DNA of 43,721 bases from a bacterium (lineage in GTDB: Bacteria > Patescibacteriota > Minisyncoccia > 2-02-FULL-40-12 > IGHO2-12-FULL-4), in NCBI GenBank assembly GCA_030695705.1, contig JAUYPS010000048.1, positions 1 through 43,721 on the forward strand, given 5' to 3'. The translations under genes were made by a program, and so were the position numbers. Of the stretch, positions 8,090 through 16,993 are shown one piece after another. The stretch's first letter is position 1. Each line of letters begins with the position of its first letter. The notes under the pieces are model-generated. The model made no database searches and had not been told where the DNA came from. It saw only the letters and a program-made list of their open reading frames with translations.

Positions 8090-10195
8090 ATGGATATAAA
8101 AACATATAAGCAGGACTTTGCCGGAAGAGAACTTTTTGTGGAATTAGGCCGGCTGGCTAATCAGGCCAACGGCTCTGTCCGCGTCCAGTACGGGGAAACA
8201 ACTCTTTTGGTTACGGCTACCATGTCGGCGCACCCGAAAGATGCTGACTACTTTCCTCTCTCGGTGGACTATGAAGAGAAGTATTATGCCGCCGGTAAAA
8301 TTAAAGGATCCAAGTGGATCAAGAGAGAAAGCCGGCCCTCGGAGGAGGCCATTTTGGCTGGAAGATTGATTGATCGTTCTCTGCGACCCCGTTTTAACAA
8401 TGGCATCCGCAATGAAGTCCAGGTAGTGCCGACCGTGCTTACTTTCGATAGTGTTAATGACCCGGATGTCGTGGCTCTTTTCGGAGCTTCTTTGTCTTTG
8501 ATGATTTCGGATATTCCTTTCAATGGACCGGTAGCGGCGGTGCGAGTAGGACGGGTTGATGGAAAATTGGTTATTAATCCAACTTACGAACAAAGAAAAA
8601 CTAGCGATTTCGATATTGTGGTTGCCGGGACCGCCAATCGGATTAACATGATTGAGGCCGGAGCCAAAATCGTGCCGGAAAAAGAAATGGCCGAAGCGGT
8701 GGAATTCGGGTTTAAAGAATTACAGAAGTTAATTAAATTCCAGGAGCAGATTGTCTCGGAAATATTCGCCAAAAAGAAAGATTTACTGGTTTTCTCTCAT
8801 GACGAATCATTAGTTAAGTTGGTTCGTGATTTTGTTACTCCCAAATTGGAAAAAGTTCTCTATACTCCGCACAAAAATGAGTATGTAGAGGGTTTGCACC
8901 GGACTAGCGAAGAACTGGCCGGTTTTATCAGTTCGGAATTTACCGGACATCCCGACTTGTCAAAAAAACTGAAAGAAGCATCCAAACTTTTTGAGGAAGA
9001 AATCGACAAGATTGTGCATAGAAATATTGTTGAGAAGGAAAAGCGTCCGGACGGCCGGAAAATTGATGAGTTGAGAAAATTATCCGGTGATACGGGAATT
9101 TTGCCGCATTCGCACGGAACAGGACTTTTTGATCGCGGAACTACCCAGGTCTTGACTGTGCTGACTTTGGCTTCTCCCGGTATGGAACAGTGGGTAGAGA
9201 CCATGGAGATCGAGCTCACCAAGAAACGCTTCATGCATCATTACATCTTTCCTCCTTTCAGCGTGGGAGAGGTGGGCAGGATGGGTTTTACCGGCCGGAG
9301 GGAAATTGGCCACGGCGCTTTGGCGGAAAGGGCCTTAGAACCCTTAATTCCTTCTAAAGACGACTTCCCCTACACCATCAGAGTTGTTTCCGAAACGCTT
9401 TCTTCCAACGGTTCTTCCTCCATGGCCTCTGTCTGCGCTTCCAGTTTGGCTTTGATGGATGGAGGAGTGCCAATCAAATCCCATGTAGGCGGAATCGCCA
9501 TGGGATTGATGTTTGGGGAAGACGATGAGAAGTATAAAATTTTAACCGACATTCAAGGTCCGGAAGATCACCATGGCGATATGGATTTGAAAGTGGCCGG
9601 GACAAAAGAAGGGGTTACCGCCATTCAGATGGATGTGAAAATAGAAGGTATTACTATGAAAATTTTTGAAGAATCGTTAGTTCAGGCCAAAAAAGCGCGT
9701 TTGGAGATTTTGGATACCCTGGCCGGAGCTATCAAAGAGCCACGAGCTGAACTTTCTTCCTATGCTCCTCGAATTAAGACCGTTAAAATCAATCCGGATA
9801 AGATTCGCACCTTGATTGGTCCGGGCGGCAAGATGATAAATGATATTATCGATCAAACGGGAGTGGATATTGATATAGAAGATGATGGGAGCGTCTTTAT
9901 CACGGCTGACAACCCGGAGAGTATGGACAAGGCCATTAAATTAATTGAATCTGTAACTTATGAGGAAAAGCCGGGTGATGAATTCGATGGTAAAGTATCT
10001 CGTATTTTGGACTTTGGCGCAATGATAGAGTATCTGCCTGGACGAGAGGGACTGGTTTATGTTTCAGAGATCTCCCATGAGCGTATCCGTCACCCTGCTG
10101 ATGTGTTAAAAATCGGGCAAAGTGTACATGTGAGAGTGAAAAACATTGACGAGTATGGTAGAATAAACTTATCAATGAAAACAGCTAAACAATAA
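8090..10195 (+). CDS. pnp: Polyribonucleotide nucleotidyltransferase
   Basis: RLIDRSLRP, RREIGHGALAERAL, SNGSSSMASVC, GDMDLKVAGT; KH and S1 domains. Confidence 0.98.
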   Translation: MDIKTYKQDFAGRELFVELGRLANQANGSVRVQYGETTLLVTATMSAHPKDADYFPLSVDYEEKYYAAGKIKGSKWIKRESRPSEEAILAGRLIDRSLRPRFNNGIRNEVQVVPTVLTFDSVNDPDVVALFGASLSLMISDIPFNGPVAAVRVGRVDGKLVINPTYEQRKTSDFDIVVAGTANRINMIEAGAKIVPEKEMAEAVEFGFKELQKLIKFQEQIVSEIFAKKKDLLVFSHDESLVKLVRDFVTPKLEKVLYTPHKNEYVEGLHRTSEELAGFISSEFTGHPDLSKKLKEASKLFEEEIDKIVHRNIVEKEKRPDGRKIDELRKLSGDTGILPHSHGTGLFDRGTTQVLTVLTLASPGMEQWVETMEIELTKKRFMHHYIFPPFSVGEVGRMGFTGRREIGHGALAERALEPLIPSKDDFPYTIRVVSETLSSNGSSSMASVCASSLALMDGGVPIKSHVGGIAMGLMFGEDDEKYKILTDIQGPEDHHGDMDLKVAGTKEGVTAIQMDVKIEGITMKIFEESLVQAKKARLEILDTLAGAIKEPRAELSSYAPRIKTVKINPDKIRTLIGPGGKMINDIIDQTGVDIDIEDDGSVFITADNPESMDKAIKLIESVTYEEKPGDEFDGKVSRILDFGAMIEYLPGREGLVYVSEISHERIRHPADVLKIGQSVHVRVKNIDEYGRINLSMKTAKQ

Positions 10196-10339
10196 GAGCA
10201 GGTAATAAAATCTCAAGAGGCCTCCGGTGAACAAAGTTTTTGTTCCGTCAACAGTCCCCCAGACTGTTGACTCTCAAAAACTGTTCCCCTCCGCCTCTGG
10301 ATGATTTATTTCATGTTTCAAATTTAGCTTCACTCTTAA
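10193..10339. repeat. Long imperfect foldback between pnp and the next gene
   Basis: Nested stems GTCAACAGTC/GACTGTTGAC, AGTTTTTG/CAAAAACT, AGAGGC/GCCTCT, TAAGAG/CTCTTA. Confidence 0.7.
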
Positions 10340-11655
10340 TGGATGATCCAAAATTTTCGGTGCCGTCTAATTTACCGGTTGCCCAAGGGACGGCAGGTGT
10401 TCCGGCGCCTAAAAGCGATACCTCTTTCCGCTCTTCTATTCGGACCATGGAAAGCGATATAAAATCAGCTCAAACCGGGCAGACCCCTAAAGCATTTGAA
10501 GTTAAACCGCCCTTATTTTCTCCAACTCCTAAGCCGGTGCAACCCCCAGTTGCTATAAAGCCACTGTCTCCAATTCCAGGAGTTCCTCCTACCGGAATTA
10601 AACTAGGAGAAGCAGAAAAAAGAACTGCTCCTTTGCCGGGACAGGAAAAGTTAATCCCCTTTAGGCCGGAACAGAATCCGCCAGTTGGCAGATCGGAAAT
10701 TAAAGTAGCTCCTGCTACGCCCACTCCTCCTGTTGTTCCTGCGGCCCCGCTTCCGCTTCCGCCAATGTCTCCAAAACAACCTCCGGCACCGCTCGTCAGG
10801 CCCTTGCCAAGTCAGGGAGGTATTGCTGTTCCCCCGAAACAATTTTCTTTTGGAAATAAAAAAATCATGGCCGGCGCGGCACTGGTAGTTCTTATCGTAT
10901 TAGGCGGAATTTTGTATCTGCGCTCCGGACAAGAACCGGAAGATATTTCTGTAGCAACTCCCACGCCGTCTACCACCGTTTCTCCGGAGCTCACCTTGGG
11001 AGGAGGATCTTCTGTCACCACTTTATCCGGAATTTTTGGCCAGGCGTCCAGTACTGTTTTTCCAGGTATTTCCGACTCTTTCTCTACTTTTCAAAGTGGA
11101 ATGATTGGTTTAAGTAGTGATAATCCAAATAAAAACGTTTTAGTATCAATCAAAAAACCATCCGGAGAAAATTATAAGTTTTCAGAGTTTCTTGATCAAT
11201 TTTCAATTGTAGGTTTTCCAGTAAATTTAATCTCCGCTTTGGCAGACAACGATTTTAATTTAATTTTAACAAAACAAACAGAATTTTTTGACGAGAATGG
11301 GAAATTAATTGCTAATCCATCAGCCGAAATGCTTTTAACTCCCAAAATTGCTTTGGCGGTCAGAGTAATTGATGCCACGGAAGCCCGCAATCAGCTTACT
11401 TTGTGGGAAAATACGATGAAAGAAAGCTTTGGGGACTTTGGGGAATTTTATGATATTTTTTCGGTGCCAACGGAAAAAGTACCTTTCTCGGACAACCTTT
11501 ATCAAGGCGTTCCCATCAGATTTCTCAACTTTCCTTATGCGGACAAGGCCATTGATTACGCTATTGTTACCGCCAAAAACGGCAATGACTACTTAATTAT
11601 CGCCAACTCTCGAGAGCAAATGTACTCGATCATTGACAAACTGCTTGGCTTCTAA
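10339..11655 (+). CDS. Proline-rich single-pass membrane protein
   Basis: Likely start MDDPKF; SIRTMESDI motif, long Pro-rich tract, TM helix, globular C-terminal domain. Confidence 0.75.
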   Translation: MDDPKFSVPSNLPVAQGTAGVPAPKSDTSFRSSIRTMESDIKSAQTGQTPKAFEVKPPLFSPTPKPVQPPVAIKPLSPIPGVPPTGIKLGEAEKRTAPLPGQEKLIPFRPEQNPPVGRSEIKVAPATPTPPVVPAAPLPLPPMSPKQPPAPLVRPLPSQGGIAVPPKQFSFGNKKIMAGAALVVLIVLGGILYLRSGQEPEDISVATPTPSTTVSPELTLGGGSSVTTLSGIFGQASSTVFPGISDSFSTFQSGMIGLSSDNPNKNVLVSIKKPSGENYKFSEFLDQFSIVGFPVNLISALADNDFNLILTKQTEFFDENGKLIANPSAEMLLTPKIALAVRVIDATEARNQLTLWENTMKESFGDFGEFYDIFSVPTEKVPFSDNLYQGVPIRFLNFPYADKAIDYAIVTAKNGNDYLIIANSREQMYSIIDKLLGF

Positions 11656-11663
11656 CTGACCAT

Positions 11664-11739
11664 GCAAATCAGCCATACACCCACTTGAAGATTCCGAGCG
11701 ATAAGTCGAGGTCGAAAGTGGGTGGTATGGCCGATTTGC
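11664..11739 (+). repeat. Palindromic repeat family A, intergenic copy
   Basis: GCAAATCAGCCATACACCCAC...GTGGGTGGTATGGCCGATTTGC; matches the copies at 26762, 42581 and 43667. Confidence 0.92.
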
Positions 11740-11765
11740 TCTCTTAGTTGTCCACAGTTTTCCTA

Positions 11766-11914
11766 TTGACTTTTTCTTTGCGAACTGATACTCTTTAACT
11801 AGATCTTTTTACTGGCCGTTTCTGCTTTTATAGAACGGCTGGAAATTTTTTACCTTCCGAAGGGCATTCGTCCTCAAGTCAGAAATTTAGGATGTTAATG
11901 CCCTTCTTTTTTTT
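11766..11914 (+). ncRNA. Candidate small RNA with its own promoter and terminator
   Basis: TTGACT-17-TACTCT (TGn); hairpin CTGGCCGTT/AACGGCTGG; terminator GAAGGGCATT/AATGCCCTTC plus T-run; no ATG-initiated ORF seen. Confidence 0.5.
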
Positions 11915-11993
11915 AATCATAAACTAGTTTTATAATAATTTCCCCAAAATAATTGTAAAAGATAAAATTTTGTGCTAACATTACACTTCAAAT

Positions 11994-12365
11994 ATGGATA
12001 TTAATGAAAAACAAAAACTAATAAAGAGTTTGCAGGAAGAAGAAAAGTTGATCTTATCTGAATTGACTGAATTAGCCAGAAAAAACCCAAATGTTAAGGG
12101 TGACTTTAACGTGCCTTTTCCTAACGAAGGCGATAGTTTGGACGAAAATGCCAGAGAAATTACCGAATTTGAAAGAACAAAAGCGGTTGTAGATAATCTC
12201 GAAAAACGCCTAAAAGATATCAGCACTACGATAGAAAAATTAAACGCGAACTCTTACGGTGTCTGTGAAAAATGTTCAGTAGAAATTAGCGCCGACCGTC
12301 TACAAGCCATGCCAACAGCCAATCTTTGCATTAATTGCGCCAAGGTCCATTCTCACGAAGTTTGA
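11994..12365 (+). CDS. DksA/TraR C4-type zinc-finger protein
   Basis: Coiled coil with DxxDxxA tip; YGVCEKC...RLQAMPTANLCINC. Confidence 0.92.
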   Translation: MDINEKQKLIKSLQEEEKLILSELTELARKNPNVKGDFNVPFPNEGDSLDENAREITEFERTKAVVDNLEKRLKDISTTIEKLNANSYGVCEKCSVEISADRLQAMPTANLCINCAKVHSHEV

Positions 12366-12393
12366 TACTATTTTAGAGGGATTTAAATAAAAC

Positions 12394-13929
12394 ATGCCTG
12401 TTAGGGTAAATTCGGCGGCCATAAACGCTTTAGAAGCGGTTAAAATAGATGTGGAAGTTGATTGTAATAAAGGTTTACATGCTTTTACTATTGTCGGTCT
12501 TGCCGACAAAAGCGTGGAAGAATCAAAGGATCGTCTCGATGCCGCGATCAGAAATAGCGGTTTTGCCAATCCAAAGTCAAAAAATTTAAAAGTGGTGGTC
12601 AATCTGGCTCCGGCCAGCATCAAAAAAAGCGGATCTTTGCTGGATTTACCGATTGCCATCGGCTATTTATTAGCTACCTCCCAGTTAAAATTTAATAATC
12701 AGGAAACTCGCCTCTTTGTGGGCGAGCTTTCTTTAGATGGACTGATTAGACCAGTTCGTGGGGTCTTATCGATTGCTATTTTAGCCAAAGAACTTGGATT
12801 AGCAGAAATAATTGTGCCAAAATCGAATGCCAAAGAAGCGGCCATGATCCAAGACATCAAAGTGATCGGTGCGACCTCTTTAAAAGAAGTTACCTCTTAC
12901 CTCAAAGAAGAAATAGTTCTAGAAAGCGAAAAACGGCCCTACCTGGCACAGAACAGAAGTTTTGATACCGAACCAGACCTTTCTTCGATTAAAGGGCAGG
13001 AGAGCGCAAAAAGGGCCTTGCTGATAGCGGCGGCCGGCGGACATAATATTTTAATGTTCGGACCTCCTGGATCCGGCAAGACCATCTTGGCTAAATCCTT
13101 GCGAGGTATTTTACCCCCAATGTCTTATGAAGAAGCGATTGATGTAACCAGAATTTATAGTGTGGCGGGATTGACTGGAGAATCCGGATTAATTAACCAA
13201 CGGCCTTTTAGGAGTCCCCATCACACCACCTCTGCCCCGGCCATAATCGGCGGAGGCAATATCCCCCGCCCCGGAGAAATTAGTTTATCTCATCGTGGTA
13301 TCCTTTTTCTTGACGAACTCCCGGAATTTCCTAGAAATGTCTTGGAATCGTTAAGACAGCCGATGGAAGATGGCCAGGTAACCGTTTCCAGAACATCCGG
13401 TTCTGGGCATTTTCCCGCCAGATTCATGCTGGTTGGCGCCATGAATCCTTGTCCTTGTGGGAACTTAGGAAGTGAAAAAGAGGCCTGTGTTTGTCTGCCG
13501 ATGGTGGCCTTGAAGTATCGAAAAAAGATCTCCGGACCGCTCTTAGACCGGATTGATTTACAGGTCTTCGTTCCCCGCGAAACATATAAAAACCTAAGTA
13601 GTCAAGAGAAGACAGAGACGTCCTATAAAATAAGAGAAAAAGTTGCCTTTGCTAGAAAAATTGAAGCGGAACGGCTCAAAAAGTATGGATTTTTGATTAA
13701 TTCCGAAATAAATCTTAAAAACATAAAAGAAATTTGTCCCCTTTCATCCGGGGCAGAGGCCATTCTTGGGAAAATTGTGGAGAAAAAGAACATCTCCGGG
13801 CGGGGATATCACCGTATTTTAAAGATTTCCCGAACGATTGCTGATTTGGAACAAAGCGAGGAAATTAAAGAGCAGCACATCGCCGAAGCCGTAAACTTCC
13901 GATTATCAGAGCTTTCGCAGATGGTTTAG
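12394..13929 (+). CDS. comM: ComM/YifB Mg-chelatase-like AAA+ ATPase
   Basis: IVGLAD, VNLAPA, GPPGSGKT, PFRSPHHT, LFLDELPEF, MNPCPCG, ISGPLLDRID. Confidence 0.95.
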   Translation: MPVRVNSAAINALEAVKIDVEVDCNKGLHAFTIVGLADKSVEESKDRLDAAIRNSGFANPKSKNLKVVVNLAPASIKKSGSLLDLPIAIGYLLATSQLKFNNQETRLFVGELSLDGLIRPVRGVLSIAILAKELGLAEIIVPKSNAKEAAMIQDIKVIGATSLKEVTSYLKEEIVLESEKRPYLAQNRSFDTEPDLSSIKGQESAKRALLIAAAGGHNILMFGPPGSGKTILAKSLRGILPPMSYEEAIDVTRIYSVAGLTGESGLINQRPFRSPHHTTSAPAIIGGGNIPRPGEISLSHRGILFLDELPEFPRNVLESLRQPMEDGQVTVSRTSGSGHFPARFMLVGAMNPCPCGNLGSEKEACVCLPMVALKYRKKISGPLLDRIDLQVFVPRETYKNLSSQEKTETSYKIREKVAFARKIEAERLKKYGFLINSEINLKNIKEICPLSSGAEAILGKIVEKKNISGRGYHRILKISRTIADLEQSEEIKEQHIAEAVNFRLSELSQMV

Positions 13930-13937
13930 GTTTTTGG

Positions 13938-14197
13938 GCGTAATCCCCGCTCCCCCATTTCAAAGATTCCCTCGAGATCAAATCCTGGTTTGATTTCGTC
14001 ATAAATCCTTATAAAAATCAGGTACCTGGTCGGCCTACAAAAATTAAAAGATTTACCTAAAGCAAATCTTTTAATTTATTTGTTTAATCAGAATTAATCG
14101 CCTCCCTCCTAGTTTGTTATAAGGCCTTTATTTCCTCAATCATCCTGGATTTGCTATCACTCGGTCATATTTTGAAATGGAGGAGTGGGGATTACGC
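13938..14197. mobile_element. 260-bp foldback/MITE-like element
   Basis: Ends GCGTAATCCCCGCTCCCCCATTTCAAA / TTTGAAATGGAGGAGTGGGGATTACGC; pairing continues inward; no clear TSD. Confidence 0.7.
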
Positions 14198-14263
14198 TTA
14201 AGATTTACTTAAATTTACAAATCTGCTACTTTAAACTCAAGTAATTTGAAAAGAAGGGGAAAT

Positions 14264-14656
14264 ATGGCTGAAAAGAAGGCGTGGCGTCTGATTTTTGCCG
14301 AAGGTTTGCTTGGAAATTACATAAATGGAGAGGTGCAATGGACTTTTAGAAAATACAGTCCTAGGTCGCATGAATTCAAAAAAGGGCAGATTATTGAGGG
14401 GCACTTTCTTGAAGGAGTGATGCTTTTGCTTGAAGTCATGGAGGATACACAAATTAAGTTCTTTTCTTATATTACTGCGGATGAATGCAGAGAATGGGGC
14501 GGGGATAATTGTTCTCATCCTGAAATGATGCAGCAAATGAGGAAATACAATCCAGGAGTAACGGAAAATGACAAGGCAACAATGATCAAAACTCGTTTGG
14601 CGCGGATTAAGAATCGGCCAATTGCCGGACCTTTGCCGGAAGGGTTGAGGAAATGA
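14264..14656 (+). CDS. Hypothetical protein, ASCH/PUA-like
   Basis: ATG after AAGGGG; G..QWTFRK, ITADECREWGG and MRKYNPG pattern. Confidence 0.6.
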   Translation: MAEKKAWRLIFAEGLLGNYINGEVQWTFRKYSPRSHEFKKGQIIEGHFLEGVMLLLEVMEDTQIKFFSYITADECREWGGDNCSHPEMMQQMRKYNPGVTENDKATMIKTRLARIKNRPIAGPLPEGLRK

Positions 14657-14805
14657 GCGAAGAACTCATAATCTGTCCATGCTGTGAAGGACAAAAGATC
14701 TGGCCATTTGCCGATGTGGCTTATGGCATGACTTGTCCGGTATGCGCCGGTGTTGGCAGAGTTGATCCGGAGTTGGCCAAGTTGGCCATAAAGAATGGTT
14801 GGTAA
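14653..14805 (+). CDS. 50-aa zinc-ribbon protein (not in the ORF track)
   Basis: ATGA overlap with the upstream stop; MSEELIICPCCEGQKIWPFADVAYGMTCPVCAGVGRVDPELAKLAIKNGW; terminator at 14804-14830. Confidence 0.75.
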   Translation: MSEELIICPCCEGQKIWPFADVAYGMTCPVCAGVGRVDPELAKLAIKNGW

Positions 14806-14858
14806 AACCGCTAAATTAAGCGGTTTTTTTAATGCGCCAAGTGAGTGGCATATTCATT

Positions 14859-14919
14859 TGTCACTGTGACACTATGACACTATGACACTATGACACTATG
14901 ACGTGTCACTATGTCACTA
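14859..14919. repeat. 8-bp tandem repeat TG(A/T)CACT(A/G), about 7 units
   Basis: TGACACTA x4 at 14867-14898, flanked by TGTCACT(A/G) variants. Confidence 0.9.
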
Positions 14920-14964
14920 TACTGGTTTTGATTTCTAAAACTCTAGTGATACAATCGAACAATT

Positions 14965-15200
14965 ATGAATGATTTCCTAAGAAAATTTGTTGAATGGTCA
15001 AAATTAAAGTTTAAAATACATACTTCATCCGATATAGATTTCTACTTTATCACCATACATTCTCATTAGACAATAATCAGTATAGTGCCAACTTATCTCA
15101 AATAAGAACCATGAGCAGTAAAAGATTATTGAGGAGGGTAAACAAAATGACAGTGGAGGATTTTAACAAGGTAACAACTATTCTCAAGAATCTTACTTAA
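14965..15200 (+). pseudogene. Internally deleted, frameshifted PemK/MazF-like toxin
   Basis: MNDFLRKFVEWSKLKFKIH..FYF joins, in another frame, ..ANLSQIRTMSSKRLLRRVNKM..DFNKV; the central RP-containing segment is missing. Confidence 0.65.
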
Positions 15201-15320
15201 AATAACGGCTCCCCCAATAAAGGGGGAGCCTCGGAGCTCTGTTACCAGAGCCAAAGTATGTTTTGAGTGTATCATGGCCTAGACGAAAAAGTCAAGAACC
15301 TGTTCCTCGGGGAACCGTAA

Positions 15321-16373
15321 TTACTTAGCCAAAGGGTTTCTGGCGCCATGGACTTCGAAGTGCAAGTGACAGCCGGTAGAACGGCCGGTAGTGCCCATTA
15401 AGGCGATTTGCTGGCCTTTTTGAACTGATTCCCCTCCGGCAATGAGTAGTTTACTGCCATGAGCGTAAATTGTCTCCGTTCCATTGGGATGGACAAGTTT
15501 AATGAACTTTCCGAATCCCCCGTTCCAGCCGACCGCGTCCGCCGTGGCGGCAATACCGGCGGCTGAGGCGTAAATCGGCGTCCCGCAGGAATTGGCAATA
15601 TCCACTCCATTTCTGCCGTGAATTCTACCCCAGTTTCGCCCGGTGGTAGGAAGCATAAAGTAACCGCCATAATCCGGCAGATAGCTGAATTTTTTTACGT
15701 TTGAGGAGGCCACAGAACCGGTTGGAGTGGCAATTTTACCCTCTGGGATAATAATTTCCGCATCTATCTGAATAGAGCCATCTTTTGGCAAAGCGTTAAA
15801 AGCAATGATCTTTTCTTCTTCCGCTCCATATTTTTTGGCAATAGTGCCAATACTGTCGCCTTTTTTGACTTTATGGATTACCCCGTCAATGGGGGGAATT
15901 TTCAACTCGTCACCTGGTTTGATACTATTTATGTTATTAAGATTATTGGCCCAAATGATTGTATTGACGCTGACTCCGAAGTCGGAAGCGATAAAAGAAA
16001 GAGTGTCCCCTTCTTGTACCGTATAAACAGCCACCTGGTTGCTTTGATGATCGGACCCGCTAAAACTGGAAAGGTCATTTTCCATGGAATTAAAAGCCAA
16101 AAGGGCGGTTTGCTGAACAGTGCTGTTCGTGGAATTTCCTTTAAATCCTTGCCCCCCCAAGCCGATGAAGGACGACTCGTTGCTTATTTCAGCCGATTGA
16201 GCCCGGTTTAATAAAATAGCGGAAATATTACTTACATCGATATATCTTTTAATTTTATTTTCAATATTTTCTTTTTCACCATGATAACCGGTCGAACCGT
16301 TGTTGGCGATCATTGTGGCAGACAAAAGAATGATGACAAACAAAGAAAAAACGTCTTTTTTAAATAAAGACAT
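15321..16373 (-). CDS. LysM/M23 peptidase-family cell-wall protein
   Basis: Two LysM repeats (YTVQEGDTL, HKVKKGDSI); NGVDIA, IYAH, TGCHLHFEV. Confidence 0.93.
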   Translation of the reverse strand: MSLFKKDVFSLFVIILLSATMIANNGSTGYHGEKENIENKIKRYIDVSNISAILLNRAQSAEISNESSFIGLGGQGFKGNSTNSTVQQTALLAFNSMENDLSSFSGSDHQSNQVAVYTVQEGDTLSFIASDFGVSVNTIIWANNLNNINSIKPGDELKIPPIDGVIHKVKKGDSIGTIAKKYGAEEEKIIAFNALPKDGSIQIDAEIIIPEGKIATPTGSVASSNVKKFSYLPDYGGYFMLPTTGRNWGRIHGRNGVDIANSCGTPIYASAAGIAATADAVGWNGGFGKFIKLVHPNGTETIYAHGSKLLIAGGESVQKGQQIALMGTTGRSTGCHLHFEVHGARNPLAK

Positions 16374-16571
16374 GACAACTGCTATTTTGTCTTTCCACCC
16401 GTTTTCCAGTTTACTGACATGAAAACCGTGAGCGGACAGATTATTTTTTATTTCTGTATCAATAAGAGTTGATATTACAAAACAAAAATCCTCACCGGAG
16501 AATCGTTAAATACCATCTATTTCTCTATGTTATAATCCTAGCCGTTTAGGACTTAGTTGTCAAAATTTTTC

Positions 16572-16973
16572 ATGATGACCGAACCAAATCAAGACAACAG
16601 AAAATCTTTGGGGTTTTTCGGCGAAAATATTGCCAAACGTTTTCTGGAGAGCAGGGGATACGAGATCTTGGCCAGAAATTATCAGAAACCCTGGGGTGAA
16701 ATAGACATTATTGCCAAAAAAGAAGGGGTGATCGTATTTTGTGAGGTAAAAACAAACAGCAAAAAGTTTCCCGGTCCGTCAGCCGGAGGATTTAATCCGG
16801 AAGTGCGAGTCAATCCGATGAAAGCCAGGCATATTATCAGAACGGCGGATTTATTTATGAAAAGCCGTTATCCCGGGGAGAGGGAGTGGAGAATTGATAT
16901 CATCGCCATAACCCTCGACTCTTTTGATAAAAAAGCTGGAATTAAGCACTTTAAAAACGCAGTAACCGGATAG
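16572..16973 (+). CDS. yraN: YraN family (UPF0102) nuclease-like protein
   Basis: LGFFGENIA, ILARNY..WGEIDII, VFCEVKT, WRIDII. Confidence 0.92.
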   Translation: MMTEPNQDNRKSLGFFGENIAKRFLESRGYEILARNYQKPWGEIDIIAKKEGVIVFCEVKTNSKKFPGPSAGGFNPEVRVNPMKARHIIRTADLFMKSRYPGEREWRIDIIAITLDSFDKKAGIKHFKNAVTG

Positions 16974-16993
16974 GAGAATGGCTACTGCGTTAA

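Noticed and set aside
14859..14919. CRISPR array or iterons
   Set aside because: 8-bp contiguous units with no spacers; no cas or rep gene nearby.
16374..16505. Non-canonical upstream start for the LysM/M23 gene
   Set aside because: The frame is open for 44 codons but there is no ATG/GTG/TTG and no well-spaced RBS; cannot be supported.
16774..16789. Tiny REP-like remnant in yraN (TCCGTCAGCCGGAGGA, PSAGG)
   Set aside because: Too short and degenerate, with no clear second copy in the window.
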